Assembly (NCBI GenBank): GCA_037443035.1
Contig: JBBIPC010000004.1
Coordinates: 25,502-89,501, forward strand
Direction: 5' to 3'
Source: Chthonomonadales bacterium
Lineage (GTDB): Bacteria > Armatimonadota > Chthonomonadetes > Chthonomonadales > CAJBBX01
Length of the DNA: 64,000 nucleotides
A model generated the notes under the pieces. That model was not told the DNA's origin and did not search any database. It worked only from the letters and a program-made list of their open reading frames with translations. Position numbers and translations under genes: made by a program. Positions 1 through 8,658 of the stretch are shown here, one piece after another (positions within the stretch are counted from its first letter, which is position 1; each line of letters starts with the position of its first letter).

Positions 1-704
1 GCAGGTACGGCGGCCGGAATGACAGCGATGCGGGCATCCACCGCGAAAGGTGCCCGCCCGCCGCGATCCAGTGCATCGTACAGGTTCCGCGCAGCGCTCA
101 GAGCTGCGTCCCTGACCAGGTTATCATCCGTTCGCATGAACCCGGGCGCGAACACTTTCGGCGCAGTTCGCGCGGCTCCGAGAGCGTAAAGACGGTACGT
201 ATGCGTAGGTTCCCTCAAGGAAACCAGATCGGCTCGCAGTCGAATCCATAGCTCCCGGTACAGGCCAGTGCGAACTCCCGCTTTGTCTAAGAGGACGAAC
301 AGCGCAGCATCCCCATCAGCGGTGCCGGCCGCCTCGACTAGCTCCTCCACGCGTGGTTCGTGTATCCCGCTGAAAGGCCGCGGCTCAACGCCGGTCCTAG
401 GACGATCTATGCCCAAGAGAACCACGCCAGATGCCTCTAGCCTCTTGCTCAGCTCCTCTTCGGCAATCTGCAATCCTGTGCGAAGCACGGGGGCCAGATC
501 GTCGGCCGTTCTTCGCATGTTCTTGGCTACACGCTGGTTTCCTGCCGTGTCGACCGCGGCCGCGAACGGCAGGACGACCAAACGACGTACATAAGCGAGG
601 GGTGACGCGGGCCGCGAGGCGCTCTGCTGAGCGACACAAGGGCTGCTACCTACCACCATTGACACAGCGAGAGCGAGCCACGTATACTGGCAACCGGGAC
701 CCAT
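1..704 (-). CDS. Hypothetical secreted protein, partial (runs off the left edge)
   Basis: Manual translation: open frame from ATG 704 (alternative ATG 659), MGPGCQYTWLALAVSMVVGSSPCVAQQ...VRRLVVLPFAAA..., with no stop before position 1. N-terminus resembles a signal peptide. Not in the ORF track because it lacks a stop. Confidence 0.65.
   Translation of the reverse strand, partial: MGPGCQYTWLALAVSMVVGSSPCVAQQSASRPASPLAYVRRLVVLPFAAAVDTAGNQRVAKNMRRTADDLAPVLRTGLQIAEEELSKRLEASGVVLLGIDRPRTGVEPRPFSGIHEPRVEELVEAAGTADGDAALFVLLDKAGVRTGLYRELWIRLRADLVSLREPTHTYRLYALGAARTAPKVFAPGFMRTDDNLVRDAALSAARNLYDALDRGGRAPFAVDARIAVIPAAVP
659..688 (+). promoter_or_regulatory. Sigma70-type promoter for the ABC exporter
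   Basis: TTGACA (659-664), N18, TATACT (683-688), 34 nt upstream of the permease start. Confidence 0.6.
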
Positions 705-722
705 GACGGAGTTCAGCGACCC

Positions 723-1568
723 TTGATACAGGACGTTCGGGAGCTTTGGCGCTTTCGCGAGCTTCTGTGGCAGCTTGTTCGGCGCGATCTCAAGGTTCGG
801 TACAAGAACTCCAAGCTCGGTTTCTTCTGGTCCATCGCACCTCCGCTGATGCAGGTCGCTTGCATCACATTCGTGTTCAAGTACGCAGGCTTCGCCGCGC
901 ATTTCAGGAGTTACTCCGCATACGTGCTTGTCGCGATCATCCCTTGGACGTTCTTCCAGACAGCCATCCTGGATGCCAGCCAGTCCATCCTCCTCATGTA
1001 CGGCGTTATCAAGAAGGTCTATCTCCCACGGGAGGTGGTACCGCTCTCTTCCACCATCGCCAACTTCATCCATTTTCTCCTGTCGTGGGGTGTGTTCTTC
1101 GCGTATCTCCTGCTCTATGTGAGGGCACCCATCCTGCCCACGATTGTCTGGTTCCCCTACCTCATAGTAGTCCAGCTTGTGCTCGTTACGGGTCTGTCTC
1201 TTCTGGTAGCGTGCTTGAACGTTTTCTATGAAGACGTCAAGTACATCACATCGGTGCTGCTCAATCTCCTCTTCTTTCTCCTGCCTGTCATGTATGTCGT
1301 GGAGCAAGTCTACTACTCTCCCATGTTCGCCGAACCGGGGAGAGGATGGTTGCGTGCCCTCTACATGGTCAACCCCATGGCGTCGCTCATCAACGGCTAC
1401 CGTAAGTGCCTCCTCGAGCCCCCTCACCCTTCGGCCATCGGAGGTCACCAGTCCCTGCCATTGGATCCCGGGAACCTACTCCTGACGGGAGCGATCTCCG
1501 TAGCAATACTTGTCGGTTGCTATGCTTACTTCAATAGCCGCAAGTGGCAGTTCGTGGAGCGGCCGTAG
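723..1568 (+). CDS. wzm: ABC-2 transporter permease, Wzm/TagG-like polysaccharide exporter
   Basis: RELLWQLVRRDLKVRYKNSKLGFFW N-terminal motif, IKKVYLPRE, six hydrophobic segments, NPM motif. Confidence 0.9.
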   Translation: MIQDVRELWRFRELLWQLVRRDLKVRYKNSKLGFFWSIAPPLMQVACITFVFKYAGFAAHFRSYSAYVLVAIIPWTFFQTAILDASQSILLMYGVIKKVYLPREVVPLSSTIANFIHFLLSWGVFFAYLLLYVRAPILPTIVWFPYLIVVQLVLVTGLSLLVACLNVFYEDVKYITSVLLNLLFFLLPVMYVVEQVYYSPMFAEPGRGWLRALYMVNPMASLINGYRKCLLEPPHPSAIGGHQSLPLDPGNLLLTGAISVAILVGCYAYFNSRKWQFVERP

Positions 1569-1570
1569 CC

Positions 1571-2326
1571 ATGCACACAGACGCCGCGGTCACCTGCGAG
1601 GACCTCCGGAAGTCGTTCGTCGTGCATCACCATGTCTACGGGTCCCTCAAAGTGGCTGCGGTGAATGCCCTACGCAGGCGGCCGCGTGAGGTCATCGAGG
1701 TGCTAAAGGGTATCAGCCTGAGCATCCCGTGCGGACAGACAGTCGCAATCATCGGTCGAAACGGCTCGGGCAAGTCCACCTTCCTCTCGTTGGTCGCCCG
1801 CGTCTACAGACCGTCCAGCGGCTCCATCGTGGTGAACGGTCGCGTGGCGCCACTGCTGGAGCTCGGAGCAGGCTTCCATCCCGATCTTACAGGCCTCGAG
1901 AACATCGAGCTGTACGGCTCTATCCTGGGCATGTCGCGCAGAGAGATACGAGAGCGCATGGACGCCATCGTCGCCTTCGCCTTCGACACGCCCGATCTTG
2001 CAGCGAAAGTGGATACTCCCTTGCGCAACTACTCCGAAGGCATGAAGATGCGTCTCGGATTCTCCATCGCTGTACACACCGAACCTGATATCCTCCTTGT
2101 GGACGAGGTACTGGCAGTGGGAGACGAAGCATTCCAAGCCAAGTGCTTCCGGCGTATCGAGGAGGTCCAGCGTCAGAAGCGCACCATCATCTTTGTCAGC
2201 CATGACATGAACGTCGTCCAGCGAGCAGCTTCGCGAACCATCTGGCTCGACAGCGGCATCATCCGCATGGATGGCGCAACCGACGAGGTTGTGCGTTCTT
2301 ACTTAGCCTTCAGCGGCCAAGCGTAG
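1571..2326 (+). CDS. wzt: ABC transporter ATP-binding protein, Wzt/TagH-like, no C-terminal carbohydrate-binding domain
   Basis: Walker A GRNGSGKS, LELGAGFHPDLTGLEN, YSEGMKMRLGF, Walker B LLVDEVLAVGD, VSH; ATG 1571 just after the wzm stop. Confidence 0.9.
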   Translation: MHTDAAVTCEDLRKSFVVHHHVYGSLKVAAVNALRRRPREVIEVLKGISLSIPCGQTVAIIGRNGSGKSTFLSLVARVYRPSSGSIVVNGRVAPLLELGAGFHPDLTGLENIELYGSILGMSRREIRERMDAIVAFAFDTPDLAAKVDTPLRNYSEGMKMRLGFSIAVHTEPDILLVDEVLAVGDEAFQAKCFRRIEEVQRQKRTIIFVSHDMNVVQRAASRTIWLDSGIIRMDGATDEVVRSYLAFSGQA

Positions 2327-3124
2327 CCGAGGATATAGTTCTGCAGCATTGGCGTCCGTGAGCGCCGCTAGATCCGCGGCACTCATATCCAGCAGTCTCG
2401 CGACCTCCGCTGCCGTCCATCGTAGGAACGCTGGCTCATTCACCCTCCCGCGCATGGGTGTGGGCGATAGATAAGGCGCATCTGTTTCGATGACCAGTCT
2501 GTCCCTAGGGACGGCCCGTACCACTGCCGGAAGGTCGCCAGGTTTCTTGAAGGTCACTACGCCGGCAATGCCAATGTACAGACCCGACTCCACCGCACGC
2601 TTCGCTTCGGAGACTGAACCTGACCAGCAGTGCATCACCCCAGAGATGCTGCAGCCAGCAGCTCTGACGGCGCCGAGTGTATCAGCGTGAGCCTCGCGAC
2701 AGTGAATAACGACAGGCAGACCGAGCTCGGCCGCGAGATGAAGTTGTGCTACGAATGCTTCGAGCTGAATCGCCCTCGGTGCGAAGTCATAGTGGTAGTC
2801 CAGGCCGATCTCGCCGATGGCCACGACGCGCTCATCCTTCGCCATGCGCCGAAGCGATGCTTCCACCTCCGACGTATAAGTTGCCGCGTCATGGGGGTGA
2901 ACACCGACCGCGCACCAGACGTCCGAATGTTGTCCAGCGATGGCCAGCGCTCGTTCCGAGCTCGCCAAGTCGTACCCAATGGCGACCACGCGGTGAACTC
3001 CAGCCTCTCGAGCCCGCCGCAGTACGTGGGGCAGGTCGGCGTACAGCTTCTCGTGGTTCAGATGGCAATGCGAATCGGTCAGTTCAGCTACCCACCATGG
3101 GCATGCGCATCCGTTCTCGACCAT
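2303..3124 (-). CDS. tatD: TatD family hydrolase
   Basis: DSHCHL, GVHPH, AIGEIGLDYH, IHCREA, MHCWSG, IETDAPY motifs; start uncertain. Confidence 0.93.
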   Translation of the reverse strand: MVENGCACPWWVAELTDSHCHLNHEKLYADLPHVLRRAREAGVHRVVAIGYDLASSERALAIAGQHSDVWCAVGVHPHDAATYTSEVEASLRRMAKDERVVAIGEIGLDYHYDFAPRAIQLEAFVAQLHLAAELGLPVVIHCREAHADTLGAVRAAGCSISGVMHCWSGSVSEAKRAVESGLYIGIAGVVTFKKPGDLPAVVRAVPRDRLVIETDAPYLSPTPMRGRVNEPAFLRWTAAEVARLLDMSAADLAALTDANAAELYPRLRLAAEG

Positions 3125-3831
3125 AGCGGATGACGGCAGGCGTCCAGGAACTCAGCCACCACGCTCCTGTCCGCCGGCATGCCGCCATACGCAATGCGAT
3201 CGAAGAGCTCTACGACCGGCGCGACCAACACGCCAACGTCAGGCCTCTCACGAAGGATCCGGATGTATTCCCCATTCGTTCTTGCCGGGTCGAAGGGAAC
3301 GACGCCACTATCGTCAAGTCTCTTCAGCAAGCAGGCCATCGCCAGACGGCACGCCTCTTCCCACTTCTCCTTCCGTGCTGCCTCGGACGCCCGCGATAGC
3401 AGTTCGTCGGCCTGCCCCACCTCGCCGGTCCGTCTCTGATCCACTAGTCGTATCTGACGCCGAACACGCGACCGCCGCTCGACCTTCGCCATGCGGAAGG
3501 CACGCACGAGCGCCCAGGCGACAAGGAGCGCCACGGCGGCCATCACAAGCCACGTCAGCATCCTCATACTGCCTGGATCGGACAGCCCCCCGAAGCGAAA
3601 GAGCCGAGCGAAGAAGTCCGCAATCGCTCGGAGTGCATCGAGCAACCACTCACCAATCTGGCGAAGCAGGTCATGGCGCCGAGCCGCCGCCCTGTATTCG
3701 GGCTGAGCTAGGATGCTCGCAATCTGACTCCGAATCTCGGATTCCCGGCTGCCATCTTGCGCTATTGCCACAGTCTGCGCGGTCGCCACGCCCATGAAGC
3801 ACGCGATGCTCGCGGTGAGTCCTCGCCTCAT
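3088..3831 (-). CDS. DUF4129-domain membrane protein
   Basis: Signal peptide, ILAQPEY, one TM helix, then EACRLAM..LL..LD..G...DPARTNGEY...LFDRIAYGG typical of DUF4129. Confidence 0.75.
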   Translation of the reverse strand: MRRGLTASIACFMGVATAQTVAIAQDGSRESEIRSQIASILAQPEYRAAARRHDLLRQIGEWLLDALRAIADFFARLFRFGGLSDPGSMRMLTWLVMAAVALLVAWALVRAFRMAKVERRSRVRRQIRLVDQRRTGEVGQADELLSRASEAARKEKWEEACRLAMACLLKRLDDSGVVPFDPARTNGEYIRILRERPDVGVLVAPVVELFDRIAYGGMPADRSVVAEFLDACRHPLWSRTDAHAHGG

Positions 3832-4832
3832 CTGACCGTCTCGCCGCTTGCGACCGCCGGAAGCTTGTCCACCATCCAGAGCAAGTCCAGGGCCTCATTC
3901 CTGACTCTTGCGTCATAGTAGAGGACGACTAGCGCCGATGCCAGGTAAGGCTGGATGAACAAACCGACGACCGACGCGAGCACATCGAGAATGATTGTCT
4001 GCGTCTCTTCCGTCACCCGCAGGAATGGCAACAAGAGGCCGCCGACGCTGAACGCGATGGAGGCCGCGAACGTGAGCTGCAGAACACTAGTGATTACCCA
4101 CGCGAGACCCAGGCCGCTAACCGCCCTCCATCCAGCGACACGTAGCAGGGCGAAGTTCCGCTGGAACGCTCCGACGATACCCTCGGTCTCCAGCACGATG
4201 ATCTGTGGAAGAAACGCCAGGACAGCGGCTGCTGCCACGACCATGACAAGAACCACAACCACCATGATGGAAAACGCTGCCACGGCTACAATCACGCTAT
4301 CGCCAACGGCGGTGCTACCGACCGCAGCGAAGACAGCGAAGACAAAGATGAGAGCGAAGTAGACACCACCGATCACGACACTCGCAAGAAGGAGCGCAGC
4401 AACCAACTTGCCATAGCACGCCAGGGCCCGGCGGTAGGCGGCTCGCAGTGTGCAGGGCACCCCAAGGTAACGAGCCGACGCAGCCACAATCATGGCGGCG
4501 TACTGGGCTACGTAACCGAGGGTCGCGATGATGCTGGCGACCGAGTAGATCGCGAGCGCACCAAGCATGCGCATGACAGCAGCCACGTCGTCTGGGTTCG
4601 ATGGCTGGGTGTCCGCAAACAGATTGTTAATGCCCAATAGGCCACCCGCAAGCAGAGTGAGAGCTGTCGCGGGCACCATCACAGCAGCCGTCACGGTAAC
4701 GAACAGGACGAAGTTGCTGCGGTACAGCCGGAATGCAGTATCGAAAACGTCGCCCAGTGACATGGGCCGTAGCTCCGCATGAACACTCGTTCCGAACACT
4801 GCTTCCCTCGCGCCCCGCTCTGTTGCGGTCAC
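3828..4832 (-). CDS. Integral membrane protein (GDPD-membrane-domain-like family usually found with DUF4129)
   Basis: LRPMSLGDVFDTAFRLYR N-terminus, about six TM helices, LYYDARVRNEALDL C-terminus. Confidence 0.7.
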   Translation of the reverse strand: MTATERGAREAVFGTSVHAELRPMSLGDVFDTAFRLYRSNFVLFVTVTAAVMVPATALTLLAGGLLGINNLFADTQPSNPDDVAAVMRMLGALAIYSVASIIATLGYVAQYAAMIVAASARYLGVPCTLRAAYRRALACYGKLVAALLLASVVIGGVYFALIFVFAVFAAVGSTAVGDSVIVAVAAFSIMVVVVLVMVVAAAAVLAFLPQIIVLETEGIVGAFQRNFALLRVAGWRAVSGLGLAWVITSVLQLTFAASIAFSVGGLLLPFLRVTEETQTIILDVLASVVGLFIQPYLASALVVLYYDARVRNEALDLLWMVDKLPAVASGETVR

Positions 4833-5773
4833 GGCTCTGCCTTGGAAACGTCCTTCACGCGAATGGTCACGTCTACGGTGATCCGTCGGCCGCGAATCTG
4901 GATCGTAGGCGGCAGGTCCAGAGCGACTTGCCGCACCGCGTCGGCCCGCACGCCATCCAGGCTGATCGGAACAGTACGCACAGCATCCATGGCAGCCAGT
5001 TCAGACGGAGGTCCAGAAACGGCCACCTGAGCGGGGTCACAGACAACCGACGTCACGATGAATGGCGCCGGCGGCCGTCCTTCCAGCACGGGCGACACGA
5101 CAAGGACTCTCGTCTCTGCAAGGTCTAGCACGTCGACTTCTACGTGCACGTTAGGAGGGTCCACGCGCACCCCAGCTACAGTGAGGCCCTGCCTGTCCAC
5201 CGGGTCGATCATTACCTGGCCCCGAAAGCCCGTCGGCCTAATGTCCGGACGTACGACCAGCATCGCGACCTGTTCGACCGCCTCCCTCGGACCCTCGACA
5301 TCCGCCCAGCCTGGTTCGACGCGTGGGGCTGAGTACCTCTTTCCCTGCGGCGGTTCCGTGGCGATCTCGACGCTGATGCGCACACGCTTGCGAACCGTGG
5401 AGTGAACCACCGCCTCGACGGACCTGGTCTGCGGCGGGAACGTGACGGCTGGTGCCTCTGGTGGTGCCACGAAGCGTATGACACGTAGCGAACGCACTCC
5501 AGGGCGAGCCGTGGAGAGGTCTACGATCGCCTTGACAGAGCCCTCGGTAATCGCATCGAGCTGGGCCCGCGGCCCCATGACTTCCACCAACACGCTGTTA
5601 GCCCGTATCTCCACGTCCAGGCCACGCGGCGGTTCTCCCACAACTACGACCTCAGCTAGGACCTGACGCGACGGTGTGGCAGCCCGATCGCTGACAGCGT
5701 AGGACCAAATCATGATCGCAGTCGCCAACGAGATCAGCTTTAGGGCCAGGTTATGGCGCAGTCTGCCTATCAT
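4829..5773 (-). CDS. cdaR: CdaR/YbbR-like regulator of diadenylate cyclase
   Basis: NLALKLISLATAIMIW anchor; three YbbR-like repeats (VEVMGPRA, ADVEGPRE, VAVSGPPS); 4-nt overlap with cdaA. Confidence 0.85.
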   Translation of the reverse strand: MIGRLRHNLALKLISLATAIMIWSYAVSDRAATPSRQVLAEVVVVGEPPRGLDVEIRANSVLVEVMGPRAQLDAITEGSVKAIVDLSTARPGVRSLRVIRFVAPPEAPAVTFPPQTRSVEAVVHSTVRKRVRISVEIATEPPQGKRYSAPRVEPGWADVEGPREAVEQVAMLVVRPDIRPTGFRGQVMIDPVDRQGLTVAGVRVDPPNVHVEVDVLDLAETRVLVVSPVLEGRPPAPFIVTSVVCDPAQVAVSGPPSELAAMDAVRTVPISLDGVRADAVRQVALDLPPTIQIRGRRITVDVTIRVKDVSKAEP

Positions 5774-6678
5774 CGTACGCTGCTCTCGCGTGGCCGGCGG
5801 CGCGACCTTCGCCGCGCTCCCGCTGTCTTCTGAATGATAGCGCCGCTAACGCGCACGGCAACCTGGCCGATGGGCGTGCCCACCAATCCCTCTTGTTTCT
5901 CGACATCCAGCAGCTGGCGCAGTCTCTCCCGGAGCGCCTCGTAGGTGAACCCGCGTACCAGCCTGCCTTCGACCGCGATGGAGATGGTTCCTGTTTCCTC
6001 CGATACAACTACGATGACTGCGTCGCTCTCCTCCGACATGCCCAGTGCCGCCTTGTGTCGCGTGTGGACCGCAGCCTCGATTCTGGGAGCACCCGTGAGC
6101 GGCAGCGTGCAGCCTGCCGCAACGATGATGTGGCCCCGTATGACCACAGCCCCATCGTGAAGCGGATTCCCAGGATAGAACAGCGTCTGGAGGAGGGTGT
6201 CCGTTGTAACCGCATTGATCACCGTCCCCGAGGCGATGACATCTTCGAGCTTTGTCTCCCGCTCGATGACAATAAGCGCTCCCACACGCTTCACGGACAT
6301 TGCAGTCGCCGCCCGGACGACGGCATCGATCATTTCGCCAACGGACTCCTCAGCCACTAGCCCGAAGCTCCGTCCCCAGAAACCGGGCCGGCCGAACTCC
6401 TCTAGCGCGTGGCGCAGCTCAGGAAGGAACAAGATCACCAGGGCAACCGGACCGAACGCGAACATGCTCCGTAGCAACCAGTTCAGTGCCGCTAAGTTGA
6501 GCCAGTCTGTCACGAAGACTCCGGCAAAAAAGATCAGTAGCCCCCAGATGATCTGCCACGCGCGCGTGCCCTTCGCCCATACGAGCAGCTTGTAGATGAG
6601 CCACGCAATGGCGAGTATGTCCACTATCACAAGATAGTTGAACCGGGATAGGATTGCGCCGAGGTCGTTCCAAGACAC
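5770..6678 (-). CDS. cdaA: Diadenylate cyclase CdaA
   Basis: Three N-terminal TM helices, FLPELRHALE, GALIVIER, PLHDGA, TRHKAALG, VVSEETG. Confidence 0.95.
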   Translation of the reverse strand: MSWNDLGAILSRFNYLVIVDILAIAWLIYKLLVWAKGTRAWQIIWGLLIFFAGVFVTDWLNLAALNWLLRSMFAFGPVALVILFLPELRHALEEFGRPGFWGRSFGLVAEESVGEMIDAVVRAATAMSVKRVGALIVIERETKLEDVIASGTVINAVTTDTLLQTLFYPGNPLHDGAVVIRGHIIVAAGCTLPLTGAPRIEAAVHTRHKAALGMSEESDAVIVVVSEETGTISIAVEGRLVRGFTYEALRERLRQLLDVEKQEGLVGTPIGQVAVRVSGAIIQKTAGARRRSRRRPRESSVR

Positions 6679-6726
6679 GAGTCAAGACTCCGGCCCCGCA
6701 AAGGAGCTATCTGGGGCTTAGAAAAG

Positions 6727-6755
6727 AGTATAACACTCCAAGTGTCAGTAATCAA
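6727..6755 (-). promoter_or_regulatory. Sigma70-type promoter of the cdaA operon
   Basis: Minus strand TTGATT (6755-6750), N17, TATACT (6732-6727). Confidence 0.6.
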
Positions 6756-6774
6756 AGAACGGAGGCAGTTTCTC

Positions 6775-8064
6775 ATGCGACGTCGGTTGGTCCCACTGGC
6801 GAGTCTGGCGGTTCTCGCCGTCGTGTCCATCTCCATGGCGCGGGCGGACTTTGCCCAGTACCTCGCGAAACCCGAGCCAGCGTTCCGCTGGGAGAAGCGC
6901 GACGAACGAACCTTGTCGGGAGGCAAGGTATACGACTTCCACATGGTGTCACAGGAATGGCAGGGCATGCGATGGGAGCACAGGCTGCAGTTGTTCGTAC
7001 CCGACAAGTGTGACAACCCATCGTTGTGTACCTTGCTGAACACGGGTGGAAGCGGCGGCGCAGAGGAGGCGATCCTCGGTCTCATGGCGGCGCGGGCCTC
7101 GGGATCCCCGTTCGCCATCCTCTACAACATTCCGAACCAGCCCCTCTTCGGTGGTAAGACCGAGGATGCTCTGATTGTCTACACGTGGCTCAAATTCATG
7201 GAGACCGGCGACGAGTCCTGGCCCCTGCACTTCCCCATGGCCAAGGCAGTCATCAAGGCTATGGACGTTATCGAGGCATTCACCAAGCAGCCTGGCCAGA
7301 GACCCATCACCCGTTTCCTTATAACCGGTGCCTCGAAGCGTGGCTGGACCACCTGGCTCGTCGGCGCTAGCAAGGACAAACGCGTATCGGCTATCGCCCC
7401 CATGGTCATAGACATCCTGAACGTGCGGGCCCAGGTGGAGCACCAGTTGCAGTCCTATGGCAAGCCTAGCGAGCAGATTGATGACTACACGTCGGCAGGT
7501 CTGCTACCACTTCTGCAATCCGACAAAGCAACCAGGCTGCTGGAACTCGAGGACCCCTACAGCTACCGTCAGATCATCACCATGCCGAAGCTGATCATCC
7601 TGGGTACCAATGACCGTTACTGGACGCAGGATGCGCTGAATCTGTATTGGGACGGTCTCGTCGGTCCGAAGTGGGTGGCGTACATTCCGAATAGCGGACA
7701 TGGTCTCGAAGATCGCGGACGCCTACTGAACGTGCTGACAGCGTTTGCCCGATCCATCGGTGAGCGGAAGCCGTTCCCGACGCTGAGCTGGAAGTACGAA
7801 GACACTCCAACTGGAGTCAGGCTCACCGTCACCTCCAGTGAGACGGCCAAGACCGCTCGTCTGTTCTACGTAACGGCACCGACGAAGGACTTCCGAGATC
7901 AGAAGTGGACATTCCGGCCCATGGAAGGCGACGGAAAGACGTTCAGCGGCGCATACGAGACTCCAGCGAGTGGTTACGCTGCAATCTACGGCGAGCTAGT
8001 CTTCGAGCGGAATGGCAAGGAGTTCACACTGACGACGCAGATACGGATCCTGGGCAAGCCCTGA
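6775..8064 (+). CDS. pqaA: PqaA family (PhoPQ-activated pathogenicity-related) secreted alpha/beta-hydrolase-fold protein
   Basis: GGAGG RBS before ATG 6775; signal peptide; IPNQPL, EDALI, WPLHFPMAKA, GASKRGWTTW, DPYSY, PNSGH. Confidence 0.85.
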   Translation: MRRRLVPLASLAVLAVVSISMARADFAQYLAKPEPAFRWEKRDERTLSGGKVYDFHMVSQEWQGMRWEHRLQLFVPDKCDNPSLCTLLNTGGSGGAEEAILGLMAARASGSPFAILYNIPNQPLFGGKTEDALIVYTWLKFMETGDESWPLHFPMAKAVIKAMDVIEAFTKQPGQRPITRFLITGASKRGWTTWLVGASKDKRVSAIAPMVIDILNVRAQVEHQLQSYGKPSEQIDDYTSAGLLPLLQSDKATRLLELEDPYSYRQIITMPKLIILGTNDRYWTQDALNLYWDGLVGPKWVAYIPNSGHGLEDRGRLLNVLTAFARSIGERKPFPTLSWKYEDTPTGVRLTVTSSETAKTARLFYVTAPTKDFRDQKWTFRPMEGDGKTFSGAYETPASGYAAIYGELVFERNGKEFTLTTQIRILGKP

Positions 8065-8085
8065 TTGTGAATTCGACCCGTGAGA

Positions 8086-8123
8086 CACGCTGGTTGCTGT
8101 ATGCAGCCAGCGTGCGCTATACT
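8086..8123 (+). promoter_or_regulatory. 12-bp inverted repeat overlapping the putative promoter of the lrp-aminotransferase operon
   Basis: CACGCTGGTTGC-tgtat-GCAGCCAGCGTG (8086-8114); TTGCTG (8094-8099), N18, TATACT (8118-8123). Confidence 0.5.
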
Positions 8124-8178
8124 CAAGCAGCCCTGCTTCACGCGACGGTGGCAGGGCGACTTCATTGGTGACGATCGC

Positions 8179-8658
8179 ATGCTTACAATTCTCGACATCC
8201 TCGAACAGGACGCGCACGCCACATCCGCTCAGATCGCCAGCCGCTTGGGGCTCGATGAGGAGACGGTGCGCCGGCAGATCGCCGACTGGGAAGCGTGCAG
8301 AGTCATTCGGCGCTACAAAGCAGTGGTGGATAGGGAGCCGCTCGGTGCGACCCCTGTGGTGGCATTCATTGACGTGTCCGTAACTCCAGAACGGGGTGCT
8401 GGTTTCGATGAAGTCGCTGCACGGATCGCGCGGTTCCCGGAGGTTAAGTCAGTGGTGCTCGTCTCTGGTGGCCACGACCTCCGCGTCGTTGTGGAGGGGA
8501 AGGACATGCGAGAGGTGGCGAACTTCGTCGCCCAGAAGTTGGCCACCCTTGACCGCGTTACATCCACAAACACCCATTTCGTCTTGAAGCGCTACAAAGA
8601 GGACGGCGAGCTTTACATTGACGGCGACGCGGACCACCGGTTGTTGGTTACCCCGTGA
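8179..8658 (+). CDS. Lrp/AsnC family transcriptional regulator
   Basis: ILDILEQDAHATSAQIASRLG HTH; IARFPEV...VSGGHDL; TNTHFVLKRYK (YugG/AlaR-like). Confidence 0.9.
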   Translation: MLTILDILEQDAHATSAQIASRLGLDEETVRRQIADWEACRVIRRYKAVVDREPLGATPVVAFIDVSVTPERGAGFDEVAARIARFPEVKSVVLVSGGHDLRVVVEGKDMREVANFVAQKLATLDRVTSTNTHFVLKRYKEDGELYIDGDADHRLLVTP

